From positions 150,053-214,052 of the forward strand of contig JAYPPO010000001.1 in the NCBI GenBank assembly GCA_038131485.1: 64,000 bases of DNA, given 5' to 3'. Every line of letters begins with the position of its first letter. Within the stretch, counting starts at the first letter, position 1. Shown here in pieces: positions 35,343 through 43,837 of this stretch. Source of the DNA: Alphaproteobacteria bacterium. GTDB lineage: Bacteria; Pseudomonadota; Alphaproteobacteria; MPNO01; UBA830. Under the pieces are notes generated by a model, which had not been told where the DNA came from, did not search any database, and worked only from the letters and a program-made list of their open reading frames with translations. A program made the position numbers and the translations under genes.

Positions 35343-37538
35343 ATGCTCTTTTATCCGAAGTCGAAGGACAGGCCGTATCATCTCGGTTCCTATCCGCTCG
35401 AAGTACTTCCGCGCGACGACGGTGTGCTGGAAGTCGAGGCCGCCCGCCCGCGCGCGCGCGCCAAGGTGGCCGCGGTCGCGTCGGGTCCGCTCGGCGACGC
35501 GGCGGTGAAATACAGCGGCCTATTCGAACGCTTCATCGAGGAAGCTCCCGTCGAGAAACAAGCACCAGTCCCCGCCGACCTCGACCGCCGTGTGCAGGAC
35601 GTAAAAGGCTGCGCCTATTTCATGGATGCGAGCCAGGTCGGCATTTGCTGTATCCCGAACAACGCCTGGCTCGAGGGCGCGACGCCGGTCGCGGATCAAA
35701 CCCACGCCGTCGTCATGCTGTTCGAGCATCCGCGCCTGCCCGACGTCGGCAATCTTGCGCGCGACTTGGTCGACGGCGCCGTCGACGCATCCTGCGAAAT
35801 GCGCGCACTCGAGATCGCGGCCTGCGTCGCGGGGCACTTGCGACAGATGGGCTTCGAAACCCGCATCCACATGCCGGGCAAGAGCCTGCTCGACCTCGAT
35901 CGGATGACGGTGCTGGCCGGGCTCTGCGTTCGCGAGGGCGATACTCTCGCCAACCCGTTCATCGAGGGCAGCTACACGATCGCCGCCATCTCGACCAACT
36001 ACGAGCTCGCCTGCGACCGGCCACTGGCTGCCTCTGCGGCGAACGCGCGCGACAGGGCCTACTGGAAAGGCATCAACGGCGCGACGTCCGGCCGCGAACG
36101 CGTGCGCCGGGCCAAGCGCAAATCGCATGACAGCCGGTATCCCATGGAAACCGTCAAGCGCGTCGACCGTCCGACGACGCTGATCCTCGACGACGAGGTG
36201 CCCCGCGTGCCCAAACGCGCTGCGTTCTTCGAACGTGCGTTGCAGGGCGATCTAGGCGACAAGGCGCGTCGCGAGCGCACGCGCTTTTCGTTCAAGCACC
36301 CGCTGTCGATGAGCCTGTTGAAGGTGATCCGCTCGATGGTGCCACATCAGAGTGGCGAGATCGCAGACGGGGTGAACTCAGAGGAGTATGGTGATCCAGA
36401 GGAAAACGCGAAGGCGATCAAGGCACTGTCCTATTTCCTCGGCTCTGATCTGACCGGCATATGCGAGATCCCGCGTTATGCCTGGAATTCGCACAAGGAG
36501 GACGGCCAGCCGATCGAGATGTATCACCGCTACGCCGTCGTGATGCTGATAGACCAGGGCTACGAAACAATGGAGGGTGCGTCCGGCGACGACTGGATTT
36601 CTGGCGTGCAGTCGATGCGCGGCTATCTGCGCGGCGCCGAGATCGCCGGCGTGATGGGCGAGACGATGCGCTCGCTCGGTTTCCCGTCGCGTTCGCAGAC
36701 CAATGCGGATTCCGACGTCCTCCACATCCCGCTGGTTCTGTGGGCCGGGCTCGGCGAGCTGAGCCGTATCGGTGAGCTAGTCCTCAACCCGTTCGTTGGT
36801 CCGCGCTTCAAGTCGGTGGTGCTGACGACCGACATGCCGCTTGCCGTCGATAAGCCGATCGACTTCGGCCTTCAGTATTTCTGCGACCATTGCCACAAGT
36901 GTGACCGCGAATGCCCGTGCGACGCGATCCCGCACGGCCCCAAGGTCATGTTCAACGGCTACGAAATCTGGAAGCCCGACGTTGAGCGCTGCACGCGCTA
37001 CCGACTGACCAACTCCAAGGGTTCTGCCTGCGGGCGCTGCATGAAGACTTGCCCCCTCAACAAGGTGGTCGATCTCGACGGCGCGCTGATGACGCGGATG
37101 GCGAGTTGGCTCGGGGTCAACGCGCGTTTCCTGAAGCCCGCCTTGGTGCCGCTCGCAACCTGGATCGACGACAAGCTGGGCAACGGCATGCGCAATCCGG
37201 TTAAGAAATGGTGGTTCGACCATGAGATCGTCGAAGACGGCGTGATCGAAGCAAAGGCGACCAACCAACGCGACATTGAGCCGAAGAAAGAGGTCGATAT
37301 CGAAGGCCAGAAGGTCGCCTACTACCACGCCAGCATGATGCCGCCGCCGGATCAGCCGGATACCTTCCCGGTCGATCGCAAGGCGGCGATGGCGGCGAAG
37401 GACCTGCTCGAGACGCCGGCAGAGGCGAGGACGCGGAAGGCGAAGGGAGGTCCGACGCCGGATCATTACAAGCCGACGGCGGCGCTTGGCATTGGTGCGG
37501 CCAAAGACCGTACGGCAAGCCCCTACGCGGACGACTGA
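35343..37538 (+). CDS. Soluble (non-respiratory, 'catabolic-type') reductive dehalogenase homolog with two [4Fe-4S] motifs
   Basis: - Start at ATG 35343 behind GAGAGGGG.
- Cluster motifs CDHCHKCDRECP (CxxCxxCxxxCP) and C-x12-CGRCMKTCP.
- RdhA-type core (AIKALSYFLGSDLTGICEIPRYAW...YAVVMLIDQ) preceded by a degenerate copy of the same module (VKGCAYFMDASQVGICCIPNNAW...HAVVMLFEH).
- No twin-arginine signal and no rdhB-like anchor gene nearby. Confidence 0.7.
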   Translation: MLFYPKSKDRPYHLGSYPLEVLPRDDGVLEVEAARPRARAKVAAVASGPLGDAAVKYSGLFERFIEEAPVEKQAPVPADLDRRVQDVKGCAYFMDASQVGICCIPNNAWLEGATPVADQTHAVVMLFEHPRLPDVGNLARDLVDGAVDASCEMRALEIAACVAGHLRQMGFETRIHMPGKSLLDLDRMTVLAGLCVREGDTLANPFIEGSYTIAAISTNYELACDRPLAASAANARDRAYWKGINGATSGRERVRRAKRKSHDSRYPMETVKRVDRPTTLILDDEVPRVPKRAAFFERALQGDLGDKARRERTRFSFKHPLSMSLLKVIRSMVPHQSGEIADGVNSEEYGDPEENAKAIKALSYFLGSDLTGICEIPRYAWNSHKEDGQPIEMYHRYAVVMLIDQGYETMEGASGDDWISGVQSMRGYLRGAEIAGVMGETMRSLGFPSRSQTNADSDVLHIPLVLWAGLGELSRIGELVLNPFVGPRFKSVVLTTDMPLAVDKPIDFGLQYFCDHCHKCDRECPCDAIPHGPKVMFNGYEIWKPDVERCTRYRLTNSKGSACGRCMKTCPLNKVVDLDGALMTRMASWLGVNARFLKPALVPLATWIDDKLGNGMRNPVKKWWFDHEIVEDGVIEAKATNQRDIEPKKEVDIEGQKVAYYHASMMPPPDQPDTFPVDRKAAMAAKDLLETPAEARTRKAKGGPTPDHYKPTAALGIGAAKDRTASPYADD

Positions 37539-37638
37539 GAAACGCCATCGTCAGATGCATGGCTTTTCGAACTGGACCTTGGAACTAGTCCGAGGTGACA
37601 GTTCGAGGGAGACTTAGCGAAGCGGGGACGACAGCAAT

Positions 37639-38610
37639 ATGAAAATCTGCATCTACGGCGCAGGCGCCATCGGCGGCTTGATCGGCGGCTATCTCGCGCG
37701 CGAGGGCCAAGACGTCTCGCTGATCGCCCGAGGCCCGCATCTCGACGCCTTTAAGGCCGGCGGGCTGACGGTGGAGACGCCCGACGGTGGGCGGTTTACT
37801 GCAACCTGCGAGGCCTCCGACGATCCCGGCGACCTCGGGACGCAGGACGTCGTCTTCGTCGCGGTGAAGAACCCCGCCCTGCCATCCGTCGCCGCCGGCA
37901 TCGCCCCTCTGCTCGGCCCGGGCACCGTCTTCGTAACCGCCATGAACGGCCTGCCGTGGTGGTTCTTCAACGGGTTTCCGTCGGACGGCCCGATGATCGA
38001 TATTTCGGCGCTTGATCCCCAAGGCGCGATCAGCCGCGCGATACCGAAGGAACGCGTCGTCGGCTGCGTCATCCATATGGGGGCGGAGGTGCCTGCGCCG
38101 GGAAATGCGCGGCACATAGGCGGCGGGCTGCTGATCTTCGGCGAGGCGACCGGAGAGGTTTCGGACCGCGTGCGCGCGATTGCCGGGATCTTCGCGCCCA
38201 CGCCGCTCGAGACGAAGACCGTCGACGATCTTCGCCTCGAAATCTGGCTCAAGCTTCTCGGCAATTTCAACTTTGGGCCGATCTCGGCGCTGACCGGCGC
38301 AACCAACAGCGCCATCGGGGCGGATCCTGCGCTACGCAACCTCGCCAACAACCTGTTTGAGGAGGCGGCCGAGGCCGGACGCTGCGTCGGACTGGTGCCC
38401 GACATGACCGCCGACGAGCGAACCGCTCTTGGCGCGCAGCTTGGCAACTTCAAGACCTCGATGCTGCAGGATTTCGAAAACGGTAAGACGCCCGAGATCG
38501 ACGCCATTGTTGCCGCGCCAGTCGCCCTCGGCCATGCGGTCGGAGTGCCGATGCCGGTCTCGGAAGCGGTGCTGGCGCTGGTGCGCGCGAAGGCCGCCGC
38601 GATTTCCTGA
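37639..38610 (+). CDS. 2-dehydropantoate 2-reductase (PanE/ApbA) family oxidoreductase
   Basis: MKICIYGAGAIGGLIGGYLA Rossmann N-terminus; KTSMLQD motif. Confidence 0.85.
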   Translation: MKICIYGAGAIGGLIGGYLAREGQDVSLIARGPHLDAFKAGGLTVETPDGGRFTATCEASDDPGDLGTQDVVFVAVKNPALPSVAAGIAPLLGPGTVFVTAMNGLPWWFFNGFPSDGPMIDISALDPQGAISRAIPKERVVGCVIHMGAEVPAPGNARHIGGGLLIFGEATGEVSDRVRAIAGIFAPTPLETKTVDDLRLEIWLKLLGNFNFGPISALTGATNSAIGADPALRNLANNLFEEAAEAGRCVGLVPDMTADERTALGAQLGNFKTSMLQDFENGKTPEIDAIVAAPVALGHAVGVPMPVSEAVLALVRAKAAAIS

Positions 38611-38616
38611 GAGGCG

Positions 38617-39657
38617 TTATTCAGCCCGCGGCGCCGCCGTTTCCGCCGCGATCATTTCCTCCAGCGCCTTGCGGGCGGCTATCGGCGCGGCGTCGACGTT
38701 GATGTCGATGCCGGGGGCGTCAGGTTTAAGGTCCATCATCCGCTGCTGCGCCTCGAACACGACGACGTCCTCCCTGAACACGTCGACGAAGTCGACCGCC
38801 ATCATGGTTTCGAGCGCAGGGTCTTCGTGGCCGAAATCGCGCACGAACGCGAAGAAGTAATGCGTGGTGCGCTCGGTCTCGGGGGTCGGCGCGCTTAGCG
38901 CCTTCAACGTGATGCCCCGGCGGCGGTCGCCTTCGGGAGCGCCGGTGCCGGCGACAGCGCAGCCGGCGTCGTTGACGCTGAAGCAGGGCGGCACATGCTC
39001 GACGATCTGCCAGCGGTCGACGTTGCCCTCGAAATTGCCGGCGGCCTTATACATGGGTGGCGGCGGGCGGTCGAGAATCCAGCGCGTCATCGTTACCTGC
39101 TTGCCATGGCGTTCGGTCTTAGACGGAAAATCGTTGATCGCCGCATTGCCGATGGAACTGCGGTGGACATAAGCGAGGTGCGTCGTGTCGAGAACGTTAT
39201 CGTTCACGAGCCGGTAGTTGCAGGCGATGTGCATCGGGTCGGGCAGGGTGACGGTCCAGGCCGGGTCCTCGAGCCACGGCCAAGGCGGAAACATCTCGTC
39301 GTCGACCCGGTCGGTCTCTCCCATCCAGATCCAGATCCAGCCGGCTTTCTCGATGACGGGATACGTGCGGATGGCAGCGCCGGGCGGCACGCGCGACTGG
39401 CCGGGAACGGCGACGCACGTCCCCGTCGCGTCGAATTCGAGCCCGTGATAGCCGCACTGCAGCCGGTCACCCATGATGCGGCCGCAGGACAGCGGCAGGT
39501 GACGGTGGCAACACCGGTCTTCGAGTGCGGCGACCGAGCCGTCATCCCGGCGGAACAGCACCACAGGACAATCCAGGAAGGTCCGGCCGAGCGGTTCGTC
39601 TCCCAATTCGCGGCTCAACGCTGCCACGTACCAAGCGTTGTGAAGGTAGTCGGCCAT
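38617..39657 (-). CDS. Rieske [2Fe-2S] oxygenase, VanA / phthalate-family (class IA-type) oxygenase component
   Basis: NAWYVAA...CCHR-x17-CGYHG Rieske motif and NVLDTTHLAYVH iron motif; 346 aa, as in the VanA-like family. Confidence 0.85.
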   Translation of the reverse strand: MADYLHNAWYVAALSRELGDEPLGRTFLDCPVVLFRRDDGSVAALEDRCCHRHLPLSCGRIMGDRLQCGYHGLEFDATGTCVAVPGQSRVPPGAAIRTYPVIEKAGWIWIWMGETDRVDDEMFPPWPWLEDPAWTVTLPDPMHIACNYRLVNDNVLDTTHLAYVHRSSIGNAAINDFPSKTERHGKQVTMTRWILDRPPPPMYKAAGNFEGNVDRWQIVEHVPPCFSVNDAGCAVAGTGAPEGDRRRGITLKALSAPTPETERTTHYFFAFVRDFGHEDPALETMMAVDFVDVFREDVVVFEAQQRMMDLKPDAPGIDINVDAAPIAARKALEEMIAAETAAPRAE

Positions 39658-39670
39658 TGCCGGCTCCTCC

Positions 39671-40711
39671 CTACTTGTCCAACGTATTCTCCGCGAAAAT
39701 CTCTTCTAACTTCAACTTTCGGGGCGTGAGACCCTGTTCGAATGAATACTGCGCGATGGTTTCCAGGGTCTTGCGGTTGGCGATCACCCCATGGCGCACC
39801 AGCGGCGTTGCCAGCGCCTGCTTGGACTCGGGCGGCAGCAAGCCAGCGTCGAGATAGTAGGCCGTCTGCGCCATGCGCTGCTGGTCGACCATCGCGTTGG
39901 CGTCCTCGAACGCCTTGAAGATGTTGAGGATCGCCCATGGGTGCCTTTCGGCGACCTCGCGCTTAATGACCATGCCGTGATTGATGGGATAAAGGCCGGT
40001 CTTCGAATAGAACCGCTTGCCCTCTGCATAGGCATCGGGGAACAAAGGCCGGATGTCCGGGTGATTATCGAGGTCTGCGGTCGAACGGTCGACGAGGTTA
40101 CCGCCCGGCAGGTAGAGCAGCGTCGCGTCTAGTTCCTTGTCGAGCATCATCTGGCCGATATTTTTCTCGATCGGGATCTGGTTGACGGTGACGCCGGGCG
40201 GTGGTGCGAAGCCGGTGGAGCCGCCGTGGCTGATGTCCGGCGTGCGCTCCATGAAAAATTCCATGTCCTTCGGCTCGACGCCGAACTCGTGCTGCAGGAT
40301 GCCGCGCGACCACAGCGCCGCCGTTTGCTGGAATTCCGGCACGCCGACCCGTTTGCCCTTCAGATCCTCCGGCTTTTCGATGCCGGCGTCCTTGCGGACG
40401 AGCGCCCAGGTCTGGAAGAAGAACCGCGTGGTGAAAATCGGCAGGCCGATGAAGCGGTCGTCGCCGCGCGCGACCGCCATAAGCAGCGACGAGACCGACA
40501 TTTCCGAGACGTCGAACTCCGCGAATTTGAGCTGGCGCCAGAATAGCTCAGAGGGATGCAATTCCGATGTCACCATGTCGATCGCATCGGCGGTGATGAA
40601 GCCGTCGAGGATTGGCCTGGTGCGCAGGTTCGGCGTTAGCCCGACGCTAAGCTGCACGCGCGTGTTCGCCCCGCTGCCAGCGTGGTTCTTCTGCGGTCCG
40701 AGGTCTACCAT
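39671..40711 (-). CDS. 4,5-dihydroxyphthalate decarboxylase-like protein (periplasmic-binding-protein fold, no signal peptide), paralog 1
   Basis: NLRTRPILDG...ELFWRQLKFAEFDVSEMSVSSLL pattern of the PhtD/Pht5-type family as I recall it. By eye roughly two thirds identical to the adjacent paralog. Confidence 0.65.
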   Translation of the reverse strand: MVDLGPQKNHAGSGANTRVQLSVGLTPNLRTRPILDGFITADAIDMVTSELHPSELFWRQLKFAEFDVSEMSVSSLLMAVARGDDRFIGLPIFTTRFFFQTWALVRKDAGIEKPEDLKGKRVGVPEFQQTAALWSRGILQHEFGVEPKDMEFFMERTPDISHGGSTGFAPPPGVTVNQIPIEKNIGQMMLDKELDATLLYLPGGNLVDRSTADLDNHPDIRPLFPDAYAEGKRFYSKTGLYPINHGMVIKREVAERHPWAILNIFKAFEDANAMVDQQRMAQTAYYLDAGLLPPESKQALATPLVRHGVIANRKTLETIAQYSFEQGLTPRKLKLEEIFAENTLDK

Positions 40712-40738
40712 TTCGTCATTCCTGTCTTTTCCTTTGGG

Positions 40739-41734
40739 TTACGTATTCATCATCGGGGGCGCGAAGAGCTCCTCGAGCGCGACGCGCTTCGGCGTTAGCC
40801 CCTGTTCGAAGGAATAGTCTGCGATCGTCTCGAGCACGTTGCGATTGGTAGCGATGCCGTAGCGCACGAGAGGTGTCTCCAGCGCCGTCTTCGCCGCAGC
40901 CGGCAGCAGGCCGGCCGCGATATGGTTTTCGCAAAGCGCCATCCGATGGCGGTTAACGAGATCGTTCGCCGCCGTGAACGCTTCAAGGATCTTTTCCGGC
41001 AGCCACGGGTGCCTCTCCAGCGTGTCACGGCGGATCGCCATGCCATGGTTGATCGGGAACACCCCGGTCGCCTCAAAGTACCGCTTGCCCTCGGCGAGCG
41101 GGTCGAACAACAGGCGGATATCGCAGCGCTTACTGAGGTCCGCCGTCGACCGGTCGACTAGGTTGCCGCTGCGGATGTAGCGGAGCGTCGCGTCGAGCTC
41201 GCCCGAAATCAGCATCGAGCCGATGTTCTTCTCCGGTGGGATGCGGTTGACCGTGACGCCCGGTGGCGGCTCGAACCCGGTGGAGCCGCCGTGGCTCACC
41301 TCCGGGGTGCGCTCCATGAAGAATTCCATGTCCTTTGGCTCAACGCCGAATTCGTGCTGCAGCGCTCCTCGCGCCCACAGCGCGGCCGTCTGCTGATATT
41401 CGGGCACGCCGACCTTCTTGCCTCTGAGGTCGGCGGCTTCGTTTATACCGCGGTCTGTGCGGACCAGGATTGCTGTGTGATAGAACGCTCGCGTCGTAAA
41501 GACCGGTATGCCGACGAACCGGTCGTCGCCGCGCGCGACCGCCATCAGGAGCGACGACATCGACATCTCCGAGACGTCGAACTCGGCAAATTTGAGCTGC
41601 CGCCAGAACATTTCCGAAGGGTGCATTTCGGTGACCGTCGCTGCGACGCCGTCGACCGTGACGTACCCGTCGATGAAGGGTTGCGTGCGCGGGTTGGGCG
41701 ACAGGCCAAAGGAAAGCGACAGTAGTTCCGTCAT
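40739..41734 (-). CDS. 4,5-dihydroxyphthalate decarboxylase-like protein, paralog 2
   Basis: Start at ATG 41734 in an ATGA overlap with the upstream aldolase-like gene (MTELLSLSFGLSPNPRTQPFIDG...). Same family blocks as 39671..40711. Confidence 0.65.
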   Translation of the reverse strand: MTELLSLSFGLSPNPRTQPFIDGYVTVDGVAATVTEMHPSEMFWRQLKFAEFDVSEMSMSSLLMAVARGDDRFVGIPVFTTRAFYHTAILVRTDRGINEAADLRGKKVGVPEYQQTAALWARGALQHEFGVEPKDMEFFMERTPEVSHGGSTGFEPPPGVTVNRIPPEKNIGSMLISGELDATLRYIRSGNLVDRSTADLSKRCDIRLLFDPLAEGKRYFEATGVFPINHGMAIRRDTLERHPWLPEKILEAFTAANDLVNRHRMALCENHIAAGLLPAAAKTALETPLVRYGIATNRNVLETIADYSFEQGLTPKRVALEELFAPPMMNT

Positions 41735-42447
41735 GAAGACGGTGGCATCGCGCGGCGGCACCACGCTTCCCAAGTGCGTTCGAGGCCGAGCGGGCCGAGC
41801 TGGGTCTTCGTGCTCGCTTCGATTTCCTTCGCCGTCAGGTAATCGGGGGTGCCGATTTGCATAGCCTGCATCTGCAGCTTCGCATTGACCTGCAGATAGA
41901 CCGCTCTCATCACCGCTTCCTGCAGCGTCGCTCCGACGACGACGCAGCCGTGGCGCTTCATCAGAGCGATGGACTGGCCGCCGAGCGCGGCGCCGAGGTC
42001 GCGTCCCTGGTCCATGGTAACGACCAGGTGATCGCCTTCGCCGAACTTGTCACGAATGTCCCACGTCGGAATATCTTCGCCGATCACGCCGCAGGTATGC
42101 ATTACCGGGCGGATGGGCACGCCGGTCGACGCGAACGGGATAACCTCGTAGGAATGGTTGTGGATCACGGCACCCACGTCCCCGCGGAGCTCGTATATCG
42201 CGCCGTGGATCATGCGCTCGCCGTAGGGGCGCCTGCCGTTTAGGTCGATGCCGTCGCCGTCGAGGCGGAACTCCACAATGTCCTCCGCCTCGATCATTTC
42301 CGGCGCCCGCGCCCACGACAGAAGGTAGCGCTCGCGGTCCGTCGGATGGCGCACGCTCACATGGCCGAAGGAGTCGACGACGCCTTCATGCGCAAGAATG
42401 CGGTTCGCGATCACGAGATCAAGTAGGGTCTCAGGGCTGGCAGACAT
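41731..42447 (-). CDS. Class II aldolase/adducin family protein
   Basis: Start preferred at ATG 42447 (GGAG at -10). Motifs HVSVRHP, VIHNHS and RHGCVVVG. Confidence 0.8.
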   Translation of the reverse strand: MSASPETLLDLVIANRILAHEGVVDSFGHVSVRHPTDRERYLLSWARAPEMIEAEDIVEFRLDGDGIDLNGRRPYGERMIHGAIYELRGDVGAVIHNHSYEVIPFASTGVPIRPVMHTCGVIGEDIPTWDIRDKFGEGDHLVVTMDQGRDLGAALGGQSIALMKRHGCVVVGATLQEAVMRAVYLQVNAKLQMQAMQIGTPDYLTAKEIEASTKTQLGPLGLERTWEAWCRRAMPPSS

Positions 42448-42478
42448 TCGGTGCTCCGGCGGGCGTTTCGGCCTGTCT

Positions 42479-43087
42479 TCAGGCGTCAACGCGTTCCTCG
42501 CGGGAGGGCACGCGCTTGTGCAGGTCCCCGTAGAACTCTTCGACCGGCATGAAGCCCGGCGCCTCTCGGCACATCTTTTCGGTGATGTCCATCAGCTCGC
42601 CCTCGTCCATGTTGAAGTCCATGGGCTTCAGGAAAGGCTGGGTGACGTACCAGGGGCTGTCTGCGAAGAATTCGATGCCGTTGCCCTCGGGATCTGTTGC
42701 GTACATCGTCCAACAGATCCCGTGCGTGCCTGTCATGATCTTGGTGTCAGGGCGTTCACGCTGGATACGGAGATACATGGCGCGCAGGTCGGAGAGGGAC
42801 TCGAGCCGGAAGGCCATGTGATGGATAACGCCGCCGGCGCCCTTGGCGATGGTGTTGCCGGGGACGTCGTCCGGACGGCCGTCCACGAGAAAAATCTGAT
42901 GGTGTTCTTCCGGGTCAAGCGTCATGAAGATCATGGTGACGCCGGCGCCGGTCAGCCCGCCGTCCGTGCGTTCGAAACCGATGACGCGGGTGTAGAAGTC
43001 TTCCATCATTTCGATGTCCTTCACGACCAGCCCCATGTGGCTGAATCGCGCTGTGATCTTCTTGTCCGTCGTTGCGTCGACAGGCAT
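42479..43087 (-). CDS. VOC family protein (extradiol dioxygenase/glyoxalase fold)
   Basis: Start at ATG 43087 behind GGGAGGAA. FSHMGLVVKDIEMMEDFYTRVIGF is the VOC module. Confidence 0.8.
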   Translation of the reverse strand: MPVDATTDKKITARFSHMGLVVKDIEMMEDFYTRVIGFERTDGGLTGAGVTMIFMTLDPEEHHQIFLVDGRPDDVPGNTIAKGAGGVIHHMAFRLESLSDLRAMYLRIQRERPDTKIMTGTHGICWTMYATDPEGNGIEFFADSPWYVTQPFLKPMDFNMDEGELMDITEKMCREAPGFMPVEEFYGDLHKRVPSREERVDA

Positions 43088-43202
43088 GCCATTCCTCCCG
43101 AGAAATTTGTGGAACATATTCTGTGTCAGGGAAGGGCGAGAATCAATTCACGCCATACGAGAGTGCCCGGGCCGGGGGCGGCCAATAAGGTCCATAAAGA
43201 TA

Positions 43203-43230
43203 CGGCGGGCGAGGTTTCCCGCGCCCGCCG
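43203..43230 (-). terminator. Probable terminator of the selenoprotein operon
   Basis: 9-bp GC stem CGGCGGGCG/CGCCCGCCG with a 10-nt loop, 23 nt after the redoxin stop. On the minus strand it is followed by UAUCUUUAU. Confidence 0.5.
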
Positions 43231-43253
43231 AGTCTAAGGCCTGCAAATTCAAG

Positions 43254-43724
43254 TTATTTGCGCGATTCGTAGAAATTCACGAGTTTCACGACGTCTTCGG
43301 CCTGAATACGGCCGAGCGGTCCATCGGCGTAGCTCGACGCGACGACCTTGTTGTCTTCGCCCAGGATGAATTCGGATGGCTGGATGATCTGGCGGCGGTC
43401 TTCCCACCAAGAGCCCAACGCGTCTGCGATGTCGCGGGTAACTTCGAAGCCGACCGGGAAATTGACCTCGTTGGTTACTTCCTTCGCCTTGTCTTCCGGA
43501 TCGATGCTCGCCGCGACGACCGAAATCCCGAGCTTGTCTAGCTCAGCCTTCTGTTCTGCGAAGCCGACCAACTGCCGGCGGCAGTAGGGTCACCAATGAC
43601 CCCGATAGAAGAGGATGACCTTGTATTTAGAATTCAGGTCACCCGGAAGGTCCAGCGTGCCCCCGCCGACGGTCTTGATCGTCAAGCTGGGAAACGCGGC
43701 GCCAATCCCAAGTTTATCGGACAT
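43254..43724 (-). CDS. AhpC/TSA-type thiol-disulfide oxidoreductase (Prx-like redoxin) selenoprotein; in-frame TGA (43592..43590) read as Sec, motif W-U-P-Y-C
   Basis: ATG 43724 behind a perfect AAGGAGAA RBS. 44 sense codons (…KVILFYRGHW), then TGA, then PYCRRQLVGFAEQ... continue in the same frame into track ORF 43254..43571. The TGA replaces the first Cys of the redoxin WCPYC motif. Confidence 0.75.
43566..43591 (-). promoter_or_regulatory. Candidate SECIS hairpin of the redoxin selenoprotein
   Basis: mRNA GACC-CU-ACUGCC-GCC-GGCAGU-U-GGUC: 4-bp and 6-bp stems beginning at the GA of the UGA. The apical loop is small and slightly closer to the UGA than in textbook bacterial SECIS. Confidence 0.45.
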
Positions 43725-43837
43725 ACGTTCTCCTTTTCTTCACGAGGGCGGACCGCCCGAAGGTGGCCCGTCCCCGTAGAATGCACAAGCAGGGACGGCG
43801 GCGCAATGGACGCCACGGTAAGATCTAAGCAAAACAT

